A stretch of DNA of 64,000 nt from Ignavibacterium sp. GTDB taxonomy: Bacteria > Bacteroidota > Ignavibacteria > Ignavibacteriales > Ignavibacteriaceae. The stretch lies in the NCBI RefSeq assembly GCF_039961615.1, contig NZ_JABRWE010000034.1, forward strand, positions 96,503 to 160,502, read 5' to 3'. Every line of letters starts with the position of its first letter. Position 1 is the stretch's first letter. The notes under the pieces are model-generated. The model was not told where the DNA came from. It saw only the letters and a list, made by a program, of their open reading frames with translations, and did not search any database. Positions 55,102-64,000 of this stretch are shown in pieces. A program made the position numbers and the translations under genes.

Positions 55102-56037
55102 ATGAAAATTAAAAAGGCATTACAAATGAAAAGATTATTTATAATATTGTCAGCAGCAGCCATTCTTTCATTTGCAGGATGCGAATATTTTGAAAACAGT
55201 GATACGCTTAATGTAAGCTCATTTGAAGTAACTCTTAACGGGTTGCCTGCTCTGCCAAGTTCTTTGACTTATGTTGGCTGGTTCGATGGCGATGATATTC
55301 CTGCAACTTACTTGTTTGATAAGGATGCTGATGCAAACGGAAGCATTTTTTATAAAAATGATCAAACACCTTTAAGACTTCTTGACAGTGCTCAGATTTT
55401 CTATATAACAATTGAAAGTAAATCAGATATTGGTTCACCCGGTTTTACTCCAAGTTCAAGAGTAATTCTTCAGGGCAGATTCACAAAAGGAGCTGCTAAT
55501 CTTCTGATTAGTGAGAATGCCGATAAATATTCAAATGCCATTGTAAAGTATGCTCTTGATACACCAACCGATAATCCTGTTGAAAATCATTTCAGCGGAA
55601 TCTGGTTTGTTGATTCACTCGACGCAGGAACACCTTCGCAGGGACTTCATTTACCGGAACTTTATGAAGGTTGGATTTATGAAGGCTGGATTCAGTTAGA
55701 TGGGAATTTTCTTTCAACAGGAAGATTTTCTGATCCTGCCGCTGCTGATTTGTTTAACGGTTTCAGTGGAACATCGGCCGGCTACCCGTTTCCGGGCGAA
55801 GATTTTCTTAACAACGCACCTGCCGGATTTACTTTCCCTCTGGACTTAAGAGGAATGAAAGTTCATATAAGTCTTGAAAGAAATGACGGAGCTCAGTCGG
55901 GAACTTCACCTAATATTGTGATTTATAGTGCAGATATTCCTGCCGATGCAAATCATAAACAATCATATGATCTTAGTCCGGCTGGAAGTTTATTACCTAA
56001 TGGTTATGCAGTAATAAAAGTAGATTTACTTGAGTAG
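55102..56037 (+). CDS. lipoprotein of unknown function
   Basis: It has a lipobox LSFAGC. Two internal modules carry (V/E)GW(F/I) motifs. No enzymatic signature was recognised. Confidence 0.5.
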   Translation: MKIKKALQMKRLFIILSAAAILSFAGCEYFENSDTLNVSSFEVTLNGLPALPSSLTYVGWFDGDDIPATYLFDKDADANGSIFYKNDQTPLRLLDSAQIFYITIESKSDIGSPGFTPSSRVILQGRFTKGAANLLISENADKYSNAIVKYALDTPTDNPVENHFSGIWFVDSLDAGTPSQGLHLPELYEGWIYEGWIQLDGNFLSTGRFSDPAAADLFNGFSGTSAGYPFPGEDFLNNAPAGFTFPLDLRGMKVHISLERNDGAQSGTSPNIVIYSADIPADANHKQSYDLSPAGSLLPNGYAVIKVDLLE

Positions 56038-56082
56038 AATTAATCGTTACTCTTAAATCTGAAAAAAAAGATAGGTATTTAA

Positions 56083-57090
56083 ATGAAAAAAATAATTTTA
56101 CTAATCGTTGTCAGCTTAATCGTTACTGTAGTAAACAATCATGCGCAGGAAAGGAAAAAGCTGGCTCAAACAGGAATGAAATTTTTGAGTGTTTCACTCG
56201 ATCCGCGTGCAGCTGCCATGAGTGACGCAATGACTACTGTTCAGAATAATTCTGCTTCAATGCTTTACAATCCTTCTGGAATGGCAGAGATGGACAGATT
56301 GGTCGATTATTCTTTTGGAACAACAAGATGGATTGCAGACATAAATTATATTCATGGAACTGCTGCACTGAATTTGTTCGACGGTCAGTACGGCGTTCTG
56401 GGTTTATCTCTTGTTGCAGTTGATTACGGTGAATTTAATGGGACTATAATTGCTAATAATGATGATGGTTATATCGATGTAGGAACTTATAAACCAACAG
56501 CATTCGCTTTTGGTATAGGTTATGCCAAATCTCTTTCACAAAAATTTTCGATTGGTGGAAATGTCAGATTCGTAAGACAATCGATGGGAACTGCTGTTGT
56601 TAGTCTTGACCAGAATGGTAAAGCTGTTACAAAAGAACATAAAGCAGAAGTTCTTTCTTTCGATTTTGGTATGTTATATCACACTGGATTCAAAAGTTTG
56701 GATTTTGGAATGAGTATCAGAAATTTTTCTAAGGAAATAAAATATATTGATGAATCATTCCAACTTCCGCTTACCTTCAAAATTGGTCTTTCAATGAATC
56801 TGATTGATTTAACAGAAATTGATCGTGGAATGCATTCATTCCTGCTTTCTGTTGATGCTTCGCACCCAAGAGATTATCCTGAACAGGTTTCGGTTGGTGC
56901 TGAGTATACTTTCCTGAATACTTTCTCAATTCGTGGTGGTTACACTTTCCCGACTGATGAACAGGAATTCAGCGCCGGTGTTGGCTTTAAACAGGAATTA
57001 GCCGGAGTTAATTTCGCAATTGATTATTCCTATACTCCATTTGGAATATTCGATAATGTTCACAGAGTTTCAGTTAACATTGGTTATTAA
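56083..57090 (+). CDS. PorV/PorQ-like (FadL-fold) outer-membrane beta-barrel protein
   Basis: It has a signal peptide. The N-terminal motif AQTGMKFLSVSLDPRAAAMSDA resembles the PorV/PorQ family start. The rest is a beta-strand pattern that ends ...HRVSVNIGY. Confidence 0.55.
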   Translation: MKKIILLIVVSLIVTVVNNHAQERKKLAQTGMKFLSVSLDPRAAAMSDAMTTVQNNSASMLYNPSGMAEMDRLVDYSFGTTRWIADINYIHGTAALNLFDGQYGVLGLSLVAVDYGEFNGTIIANNDDGYIDVGTYKPTAFAFGIGYAKSLSQKFSIGGNVRFVRQSMGTAVVSLDQNGKAVTKEHKAEVLSFDFGMLYHTGFKSLDFGMSIRNFSKEIKYIDESFQLPLTFKIGLSMNLIDLTEIDRGMHSFLLSVDASHPRDYPEQVSVGAEYTFLNTFSIRGGYTFPTDEQEFSAGVGFKQELAGVNFAIDYSYTPFGIFDNVHRVSVNIGY

Positions 57091-57110
57091 AAATTTTAAG
57101 AGATAGAATT

Positions 57111-58337
57111 ATGAAAAATCTATACAAACTATTACTAATAATCGCAGCACTTGGATTAAGCGTTTTTTACAGTTGTTCTGAAGAGACAGCACCAAGTCTT
57201 TACGATCCCGGTAAATATCAGTTCAGAGAAGATCCGGTAATCACTAACATCGATCCTCCGGGCTCTGCTCTTGCCGGTGTTACAGTTTTAACAATTACCG
57301 GAAATAATTTTTCAGATGTTCCTGGTGAGACTTCAGTTTACTTCAACGGTGTTAAAGGTCAGATTCTGAATGTCACAACTACACAAATACAGGTAAAACC
57401 TCCTGTTGTTGTAGCTGATACAGTTTTGGTAAAAGTGAAAGTTGCCGGAGCAATAAATCTTAGCAATACATTAATTTATAAATTAACTGCAGCAGTAGTT
57501 GAAGTTTATAAATTCGATCCAAACAATGGTGAAGTTCCCTGGGCAGTTACTTTCGACAATACTCAGAATATGGTGGTTTCAGTTGAAGGGAAGGGCGTTT
57601 GGAAATTTGAAGGAGAAGCAAACCCAAACAAAACATATATTCCAAAAGGAGCTGAAACAAAGTGGAATACTCTCCGCCAATTTTCAAATGGTGAAATTTA
57701 TGCTTCAAAAAGTTTAAGAGGAATCTGGAAGCTGACTGCAGGTGTTACTCCACCAAATGCACCTTGGGTTGCAACTCCAAGCGGAACAGTGTTGATTGAT
57801 TTTGATTTCGATCAAAATACAAACTTATGGGCTGTTGGAAGTAATAATTTTATTTTTAGAATTAAACAGGATTTATCTGTTGCTCAATTTCCTTTTCAGG
57901 CACAGTTAAGAGCAGTCCGTGTTTTCAATGGTGCATTGTATGTCGCTGGGTTAAAAGCCGGTGTTGAAGGTGTGTGGAAAATTCCAATTGATGCAAATGG
58001 TGATTTAGCTACAGAAGAACTATATTTTAGTATGACAGCAAACTTTTCTGGTGTAAAAGTTAATGCAATGACATTCTCTGCAGATGGTGATTTATTTCTT
58101 GGAACAGATCGTTCAACAGACCCGATTATAATTGTTAAACCGGATAAAAGCACGCAGACATTATATGCAGGTGTGATTCCGGCTAAAAATATTGTTTCAA
58201 TGTATTGGCCTTCAGGAAACTTTTTGTATGTTACCAGAGAAGCTGAAAGAGATGCTACTTCTGGTAGTATAATAAGAACACAAACAATACTAAAAATTGA
58301 TATTCAGAAACCAGGGGCAAATTACTATAATCAATAA
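57111..58337 (+). CDS. lipoprotein with IPT/TIG domain and beta-propeller-like region
   Basis: It has a lipobox VFYSC. The IPT/TIG stretch is PVITNIDPPGSALAGVTVLTITGNNFS...VYFNG. The C-terminal region has repeated propeller-like blades. Confidence 0.65.
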   Translation: MKNLYKLLLIIAALGLSVFYSCSEETAPSLYDPGKYQFREDPVITNIDPPGSALAGVTVLTITGNNFSDVPGETSVYFNGVKGQILNVTTTQIQVKPPVVVADTVLVKVKVAGAINLSNTLIYKLTAAVVEVYKFDPNNGEVPWAVTFDNTQNMVVSVEGKGVWKFEGEANPNKTYIPKGAETKWNTLRQFSNGEIYASKSLRGIWKLTAGVTPPNAPWVATPSGTVLIDFDFDQNTNLWAVGSNNFIFRIKQDLSVAQFPFQAQLRAVRVFNGALYVAGLKAGVEGVWKIPIDANGDLATEELYFSMTANFSGVKVNAMTFSADGDLFLGTDRSTDPIIIVKPDKSTQTLYAGVIPAKNIVSMYWPSGNFLYVTREAERDATSGSIIRTQTILKIDIQKPGANYYNQ

Positions 58338-58389
58338 AAGAAATTGTCTTTAAGGACATAAATACTAACAACAAACAAAGGAGTACCGT

Positions 58390-59694
58390 ATGAAAAAACT
58401 TCTCACAACACTTTCTCTTGTTCTAATGCTTTCTGGCGCTGCTTTTTCGCAGGGCTGGATTTATGAGGGGGCATTCCCGGATACAAACTTTAAAGGTTTT
58501 TCCGGCGGCCATGGAGTGGCTGTAGATCCCGATGGCAAAGTCTGGATTACTTTTTACAATCCTTCTGATAGTATTTTTGTTCCAGATAGTGGCAAGAATG
58601 TTCCAGTTCGTGTAATTTATGTATTTAATCCTGATGGAACTCCTGTTTCATTTTCCCCTATTAAATCAGTAACTATTAATGGGGTATTTGATCCGTTTTT
58701 CTTCCCAAATAGAGGACTTCATGCAGCTCACGACGGAAATATACTCTATTCAAATGGAGATAGATTATTCAAGATTAACTACCAGACTGGTGAAGGGATA
58801 GCTAAAGTAATACCGGGAAGTGGGGTTGCATTAACCGCTTGTCCTGTAGCCGATGATGGCAGAGTGTTTACAGCCCCTGTTACACCTGGCGCAATGCCAA
58901 TAAAAGAATATGCTGCTGACTTCACATTTTTGGGCAATGCAGTTGATACAACAGTTGGATTCTCAAGATCATTTGAAGTATCACCTGACGGAAACACTAT
59001 ATACTGGGCAGGTTATACTAATCACTGTGTGATTGTTTATAACAGAGCTTCCGAGTTTGATCCTTTTGCTGTCGTCGATACTATTTTCAAAGGATTTGAT
59101 TCTGAATCTTTCTCGTGGTCACCAAACAGACAAATTCTTTGGGCTTCTTCAGGCTCATACAATGATTTGCCAAACAGATATCCTGGCGAAACGACATATT
59201 GGGATGTTGCAACCTGGTATGCAAGAGATATGAATACAGGTCAGATTGTTGATAGTATTAAATGGCAATTTAATACTCCTGCTAATCCCAGTGAAAGACC
59301 AAGGGGAATTGCTTTCAGTCCGGATTACAGATATGCTTATGTAACTTGCTTTGGTGCTAGCAATTACCCGGTAGTACAGAAATTCCGCAATCCAAATGTT
59401 TCTGTAGACGATCAGGGATTAACAGTTGTTGAAGGTTACAAGCTTTCACAAAATTATCCTAATCCATTCAATCCAACCACTTCAATTAATTTTGAATTGC
59501 CTAAAAATGGTTATACCACATTGAAGATTTATGATATGCTTGGTAATGAAGTAGCAACAGTGATTGATAAAGAAATGTCTGCAGGTCAGCATACAGTTAA
59601 TTTCAATGCTCAAAACCTTGCTTCAGGAACTTATCTCTATCAGTTGAATGTAAACGGAGTAAGAATTTCTAACAAGATGATTCTTATGAAGTAA
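58390..59694 (+). CDS. secreted beta-propeller-like protein with T9SS C-terminal sorting domain
   Basis: It has a signal peptide and repeated DG..W/Y blades. The CTD is SQNYPNPFNPTTSI...GTYLYQL...NKMILMK. Confidence 0.65.
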   Translation: MKKLLTTLSLVLMLSGAAFSQGWIYEGAFPDTNFKGFSGGHGVAVDPDGKVWITFYNPSDSIFVPDSGKNVPVRVIYVFNPDGTPVSFSPIKSVTINGVFDPFFFPNRGLHAAHDGNILYSNGDRLFKINYQTGEGIAKVIPGSGVALTACPVADDGRVFTAPVTPGAMPIKEYAADFTFLGNAVDTTVGFSRSFEVSPDGNTIYWAGYTNHCVIVYNRASEFDPFAVVDTIFKGFDSESFSWSPNRQILWASSGSYNDLPNRYPGETTYWDVATWYARDMNTGQIVDSIKWQFNTPANPSERPRGIAFSPDYRYAYVTCFGASNYPVVQKFRNPNVSVDDQGLTVVEGYKLSQNYPNPFNPTTSINFELPKNGYTTLKIYDMLGNEVATVIDKEMSAGQHTVNFNAQNLASGTYLYQLNVNGVRISNKMILMK

Positions 59695-59714
59695 TTTTAG
59701 TTTTACTTTCAGCA

Positions 59715-59746
59715 AAGCCCCGCTGAGTATGCGGGGTTTTTTATTT
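59715..59746. terminator. bidirectional rho-independent terminator
   Basis: AAGCCCCGC (59715-59723) pairs with GCGGGGTT (59731-59738) and is followed by TTTTTTATTT. It lies between convergent genes. Confidence 0.8.
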
Positions 59747-61369
59747 ATTGCCACAAACCTGTTCAAATACTCTTTTGAAATTCTTATAAAGAATTTTCTC
59801 TACTTCTTCTCTTGAATAGCCGTGATCAAATAGTGCTTCGGTAAGATTTGGAAATTTTGATGTGTCTTCAAGTCCAAGCGGAACTACTTCAATTCCATCA
59901 AAGTCAGAACCGATTGCAACATAATCAATTCCGACAAGATTTTTAATGTAGTCAATATGTGCAATTACATCATTGATGCTTGCATTGCTTGAACCATTAA
60001 GAAAATATGGATAGAAAACAACTCCTATTACACCACCGCTGTTTGCAATATCCTGAATCTGCCAATCGTATAAATTCCTATAATGATTTCTTAATGCTCG
60101 CGCACCTGAATGAGTCGCAACAATCGGATTCTGGGTTTCCTGAAGAATATCCTGAATAGTTTTTATTCCTGTGTGCGAAACATCAATGATTATTCCTAGC
60201 GAATCCATGAGGCGAATAACATGTCTTCCAAAATCACTTAATCCAACTGTAGTTGAGCGGGAATCCTGAGCTGAAACTGCCCAATCAGTACTGTTATTCC
60301 AGGTGATGGTCATATAACGCATTCCTGCATTATAAAGATTAACAAGCTTATCAATACTATTTTCAATATGATGACCTCCCTCAACACCAATAACTGCAGC
60401 AATTTTATTTTGCTGAATAAGCGAATCTGCCTGTGACCAGTTCCTTGCCTGTGAAATTGAGGTTGTATTCTGATTTAACTCAGAATTAAAAATATTTAAC
60501 ATCACTTGTGCTTGCTGATAATAATTTGTGTATTGAGTTGGTGATACCCAAACAGAAAAAAATTGTAAATCAACTCCACCATCTTTTAATCGAGGAATGT
60601 CAGTGTGATTGTAATTATGTCTGTGTTTTAAGTGATAAGTAGTATCGTTCGTCATTACTTCGAGAATATCGTTATGTAAATCTATAAGCTTTGAAACCGA
60701 ATGATAAGATGCTAAAAGCATCATCAGACTTTCACCACCATTTAGAGAAAGCTGAACTGAATCAGGAAGATGAGAGTTTTTAGAATAAACAATTTTATAT
60801 GTGTTACCTAAGGATTTATTCAGTGTATTGTCCGATAAATTTCCAATTGAATAAATTGATTGCAAGCCCGAACCATTGCCACTGCCATCAAGTTGAATCA
60901 TTTTCCTTGTTGCAGATTCGTTACCTGTTTTTATAGTGTAGAAATAAACTCCTGCAGCACCTCTTGCAATGTAATCAACTGAATAAACGCCTGAATTGAG
61001 ATATTGTTGTTTATAATCTACAAGTTCGCCAAGAACATTGTGAATCATAATTTCAACATTTTCTGCTTTGTCTATCACAAAATGAATTCTTGTTAAAGGA
61101 TTAAATGGGTTAGGGAAGTTTTGACTTACATAAAATCTGTTCGGAATTATATCATCTTCAACATCAGTTATTAGATTGAATTGCCATTGACCCAATGCAT
61201 TAGTAAAAACCGAATCCCGAACTCCGGTATCAAGATTTGTGATATCAACTTTTACTCCGTTGAGCGGTTTAAGAGAAATTTTATCTTTAACAATTCCGGA
61301 AATTGTTTGGGGAATTAAATTCTGATGGAAAATGAAAATTAGAATAAAATACAGATAATATTTTTTCAA
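59741..61369 (-). CDS. membrane dipeptidase (M19) preceded by CarboxypepD_reg-like module and an internal T9SS-CTD-like domain
   Basis: After the signal peptide comes ISGIVKDKISLKPLNGVKVDI. A CTD-like stretch VSQNFPNPFNPLTRI...GVYFYTIKTG...RKMIQLD follows at aa ~78-160. The M19 motifs are LIDLHND, GVEGGH, IIDVSH and ATHSGARAL. Confidence 0.8.
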   Translation of the reverse strand: MKKYYLYFILIFIFHQNLIPQTISGIVKDKISLKPLNGVKVDITNLDTGVRDSVFTNALGQWQFNLITDVEDDIIPNRFYVSQNFPNPFNPLTRIHFVIDKAENVEIMIHNVLGELVDYKQQYLNSGVYSVDYIARGAAGVYFYTIKTGNESATRKMIQLDGSGNGSGLQSIYSIGNLSDNTLNKSLGNTYKIVYSKNSHLPDSVQLSLNGGESLMMLLASYHSVSKLIDLHNDILEVMTNDTTYHLKHRHNYNHTDIPRLKDGGVDLQFFSVWVSPTQYTNYYQQAQVMLNIFNSELNQNTTSISQARNWSQADSLIQQNKIAAVIGVEGGHHIENSIDKLVNLYNAGMRYMTITWNNSTDWAVSAQDSRSTTVGLSDFGRHVIRLMDSLGIIIDVSHTGIKTIQDILQETQNPIVATHSGARALRNHYRNLYDWQIQDIANSGGVIGVVFYPYFLNGSSNASINDVIAHIDYIKNLVGIDYVAIGSDFDGIEVVPLGLEDTSKFPNLTEALFDHGYSREEVEKILYKNFKRVFEQVCGNK

Positions 61370-61379
61370 TTATTACTCC

Positions 61380-63026
61380 TCATTTCAGAAAAATTAATTT
61401 TTTGGTTTGAATGAAAGTATCACTTCTCAATTGATAAAAATAAATGCCGGTTTTCAGATTAAACACTGAAGCATCAAATTCAATTTCGTGATAACCAGCA
61501 TTTTTATATTCGTTTACCAGTGTCGCTACTTCATTACCAAGTATGTCATAAACCTTCAGAGTTTGCCAACTGCCAACAGGAAACTGCCAACTAATTTTAG
61601 TGCTTGGATTAAACGGATTGGGATAATTCTGATATAAAATGAATTCTGTTGGTATCAAGTTAATCTCTTCTTCAACCGGAGTTGCTGGATCGTAAGAGAT
61701 AATTTTTATTGCATCAGCAACGATATAAGTTCCGGTTGTACCGGCATTTGATATTAAAATTTTTTGAGCAGTATCAGGCGAAAAATTATATGTTCCGATG
61801 TAACTCCACATCGAACCATTTTGTACCTGATTCACTCTGACAGTATCAATTCCATTTTTGTGTCTGATTATAAATGGAGTATCCTGACAACGATTTGAAG
61901 AAGAAACCCACCAACCATAAACTTCATAAGTTGCATCAGCAGGGAACTGAGGTCTGAATTCTGCATAAGCACTTCCATCACCAACCGGATTTAAATATGC
62001 CGGTGTATTTCCCCAATAACCTGGATTTGCAGAGGTAAACCATCCGCTACCGATTAAACTGCATTCGGGATCACTGGTATCAATTATTTTTTCAAATTGA
62101 ATTGTAGGCGGCAGATGAAGCGAATCTTTATGTGTAATTGTCAGAATGGTTGGCACAGCTCTTTGCTCTGATGGATTATTTACATATTGATTTCCAACTG
62201 CCATTTGTGTTGATCCACCTCCGTCAAGGTTCATTGCTTCAACACAACCGAGGTCAATCATTATTTGTGCAAGCTCAGGCAATCCAACTCCTTCGCTGTT
62301 TATCTGACGACCATCTGCAACAATTAAAATAACATGATTATTTGCTGTATATCCTACTGCAGTTCTTGGATCACGATTATCATATCCAACTCCGCTGCCC
62401 CACATAATTTCCTGATCATAAGTAACATTGACCTGACCATTTTTTACTAAAGTTGGAGCTCCACCAATTCCAACAAGCAAATTAGAATAAACCGTTCCTG
62501 CAGATTGCTGAGGCGGAGGAAGAGGAGTTTGCTGGTTATTTGTGTAAGGCATCGGTGCGGAAAATTTATAAATATCATCTACATTATTTCCGAAGTGATA
62601 AATCCATTCCACATCAAAAGTTTTATCTGCTTTCATTCCAAAAAAACTTCTGATAACAGGATATGACTGACTGAATCTTGTAACAGCTGCAACATTCTGT
62701 GCTTTAACTTCATAAGGATAAACAATCGCAGAGTAAGATGTTGATCCTCCAAAAAATCCACCGTTAACTCCGGCATATGCACCAACAAACGGAACAAAAT
62801 CTTTTACAAGTTTATTCGGACTTGTGATATAGGGATGAATAACCAAATCAGGATTATTCATATCAGCATCAATGTAAAATATTTTGAGCTTCGGTGTTGC
62901 TCTGTCGCCCTGGAAAACTTTTATGCCTGATGGCAAATTGTAGTTTGATGTAATCTCTGTCCAGGTTATTGTCTGAGAGAATGTTATTGATACAAACAGC
63001 AATGACACAAGTATATATTTTTTCAT
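61380..63026 (-). CDS. phosphodiester glycosidase (NAGPA/DUF2233) family protein with carbohydrate-binding-like module and T9SS CTD
   Basis: It has a signal peptide, VNGGFFGG and AMNLDGGGST. The CTD is YQNYPNPFNPSTKI...GIYFYQL...KKLIFLK. Confidence 0.75.
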   Translation of the reverse strand: MKKYILVSLLFVSITFSQTITWTEITSNYNLPSGIKVFQGDRATPKLKIFYIDADMNNPDLVIHPYITSPNKLVKDFVPFVGAYAGVNGGFFGGSTSYSAIVYPYEVKAQNVAAVTRFSQSYPVIRSFFGMKADKTFDVEWIYHFGNNVDDIYKFSAPMPYTNNQQTPLPPPQQSAGTVYSNLLVGIGGAPTLVKNGQVNVTYDQEIMWGSGVGYDNRDPRTAVGYTANNHVILIVADGRQINSEGVGLPELAQIMIDLGCVEAMNLDGGGSTQMAVGNQYVNNPSEQRAVPTILTITHKDSLHLPPTIQFEKIIDTSDPECSLIGSGWFTSANPGYWGNTPAYLNPVGDGSAYAEFRPQFPADATYEVYGWWVSSSNRCQDTPFIIRHKNGIDTVRVNQVQNGSMWSYIGTYNFSPDTAQKILISNAGTTGTYIVADAIKIISYDPATPVEEEINLIPTEFILYQNYPNPFNPSTKISWQFPVGSWQTLKVYDILGNEVATLVNEYKNAGYHEIEFDASVFNLKTGIYFYQLRSDTFIQTKKLIFLK

Positions 63027-63139
63027 TTTATACCTTAAGAATATTAATCAGTTTAAATCTGTCTGATAAGTCTAATCAGTGTTCCATCATTAAAAGTAAT
63101 AGAATACTAATGACGAAGATTAGACGGATTATTACGGAT

Positions 63140-64000
63140 TTATTTAAGAACAATTCTAACATTTAGTTCGTTTTCAGAATAATCATCCGGATTTATGAAA
63201 TTTGATTCAACTGACTTTCCATTAATCTCGATTGATTGAATTCCGGAATTTTTTCCATTTGGATTTTCCACACTTAAAATAATTCTTTTTCCTCTGAAAT
63301 TTCTTTCAGCTTTAATTGATTTCCAGCTTGATGGAATGTGTGGATCAATTGTCAGTCCTTTCAAAGATGTTCTGAATCCAAGAATATAATCAAGACCAAT
63401 TCTGTACATCCAAACTGCAGTACCTGTAAGCCAGCTATGACTTGCCTGATTTTCAGTTTCGTGTTCAGGACTTGTTACATACTCAGCATAAACATAAGGT
63501 TCAACTTCATATCTGTCAATTCTTTTCGACGAGTTTAAAGGAATCATTCTTGAGTAAACATCATAAGCAAACTCAATATCACCATTTAATATTGAAGCAA
63601 GAACAAACCAGGATGATGCGTGATTAAATACAGCACCATTTTCTTTTTTGCCGGGAACACAACGGCTTATCAATCCTGTGTTATCTTCAATCTCTCTGTA
63701 AGCAGGCCAAACAATCTGCATTCCGTAAGGAGTTAACAAATATTTTCTTCCACTTTGTAAACAAGAGTTTTCTCTTTCTTTTGGTGCTAATTCAGAAATT
63801 ACTGCCCACGATTGTGCGTTAATAAATATTTTCCCTTGTTTATGTTTTTGTGAACCAACTTCACTTCCATCATCACGAAAAGCCCGAAGATACCATTTAC
63901 CATCCCAGCAAGTATCATTAATAACATTTCTCAGTTGCTCGTATTTTGCTTTCCATCTTTCCAGAGTTTCAAAATCATTTTTGAATTCAAGAAGCTCAAA
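63140..64000 (-). CDS. GH94-like glycoside phosphorylase (cellobiose/chitobiose phosphorylase family), C-terminal part; 5' end beyond window
   Basis: The frame stays open upstream of the tracked TTG at 63739 through at least nt 63790, as far as I translated it, so the gene probably runs on to the window edge. NGAVFNHASSWFVLA, EPYVYAEY and SHSWLTGTAVW resemble the catalytic (alpha/alpha)6 region and C-terminal domain of GH94 enzymes. Confidence 0.65.
   Translation of the reverse strand, partial: FELLEFKNDFETLERWKAKYEQLRNVINDTCWDGKWYLRAFRDDGSEVGSQKHKQGKIFINAQSWAVISELAPKERENSCLQSGRKYLLTPYGMQIVWPAYREIEDNTGLISRCVPGKKENGAVFNHASSWFVLASILNGDIEFAYDVYSRMIPLNSSKRIDRYEVEPYVYAEYVTSPEHETENQASHSWLTGTAVWMYRIGLDYILGFRTSLKGLTIDPHIPSSWKSIKAERNFRGKRIILSVENPNGKNSGIQSIEINGKSVESNFINPDDYSENELNVRIVLK

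Overview
Low-GC bacterial chromosome segment, densely coding, about 50 credible genes. Six proteins end in the NYPNPFNP...KMILLK type IX secretion (T9SS) sorting domain, which suggests an FCB-group organism, probably Ignavibacteria-like (inference only). Most of the window is housekeeping and envelope metabolism: a hybrid histidine kinase, ornithine aminotransferase, a secreted GH13 amylase, TrmH, a CNNM/CorC protein, tRNA-Thr, a GlcD/GlcF-like oxidase pair and lysA. There is also a dense set of peptidoglycan/muropeptide turnover genes (Amidase_2-NamZ fusion, GlcNAc-type kinase, AmpG, NlpC/P60, NagZ, Amidase_3), plus peptidases (Dcp, M19), an AbgT transporter, a hicBA toxin-antitoxin pair, and a RAYT (REP-associated tyrosine transposase) with dispersed GAGACGAGCC/GGCTCGTCTC REP hairpins. 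A TonB-dependent-receptor-centred surface gene cluster lies at 49.8-59.7 kb. The stand-out is a tightly packed seven-gene plus-strand operon at 9999-19304, directly downstream of a tRNA-Thr whose 3' half and terminator are duplicated. Every product carries an N-terminal export signal. The operon encodes an FGE/SUMF1-like protein without the catalytic Cys pair, two paralogous caspase-like (C14) proteins with intact His/Cys dyads, a small beta-barrel-like protein, a papain-like (C1) peptidase fused to a DUF4384-like domain, a stand-alone DUF4384-like protein, and a CHASE2 sensor fused to a PP2C/SpoIIE phosphatase. I read this as a candidate extracytoplasmic multi-protease sensing or suicide system of unknown function. 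No rRNA, CRISPR array, integrase or prophage was seen. All domain calls come from motif recognition by eye, with no searches run.
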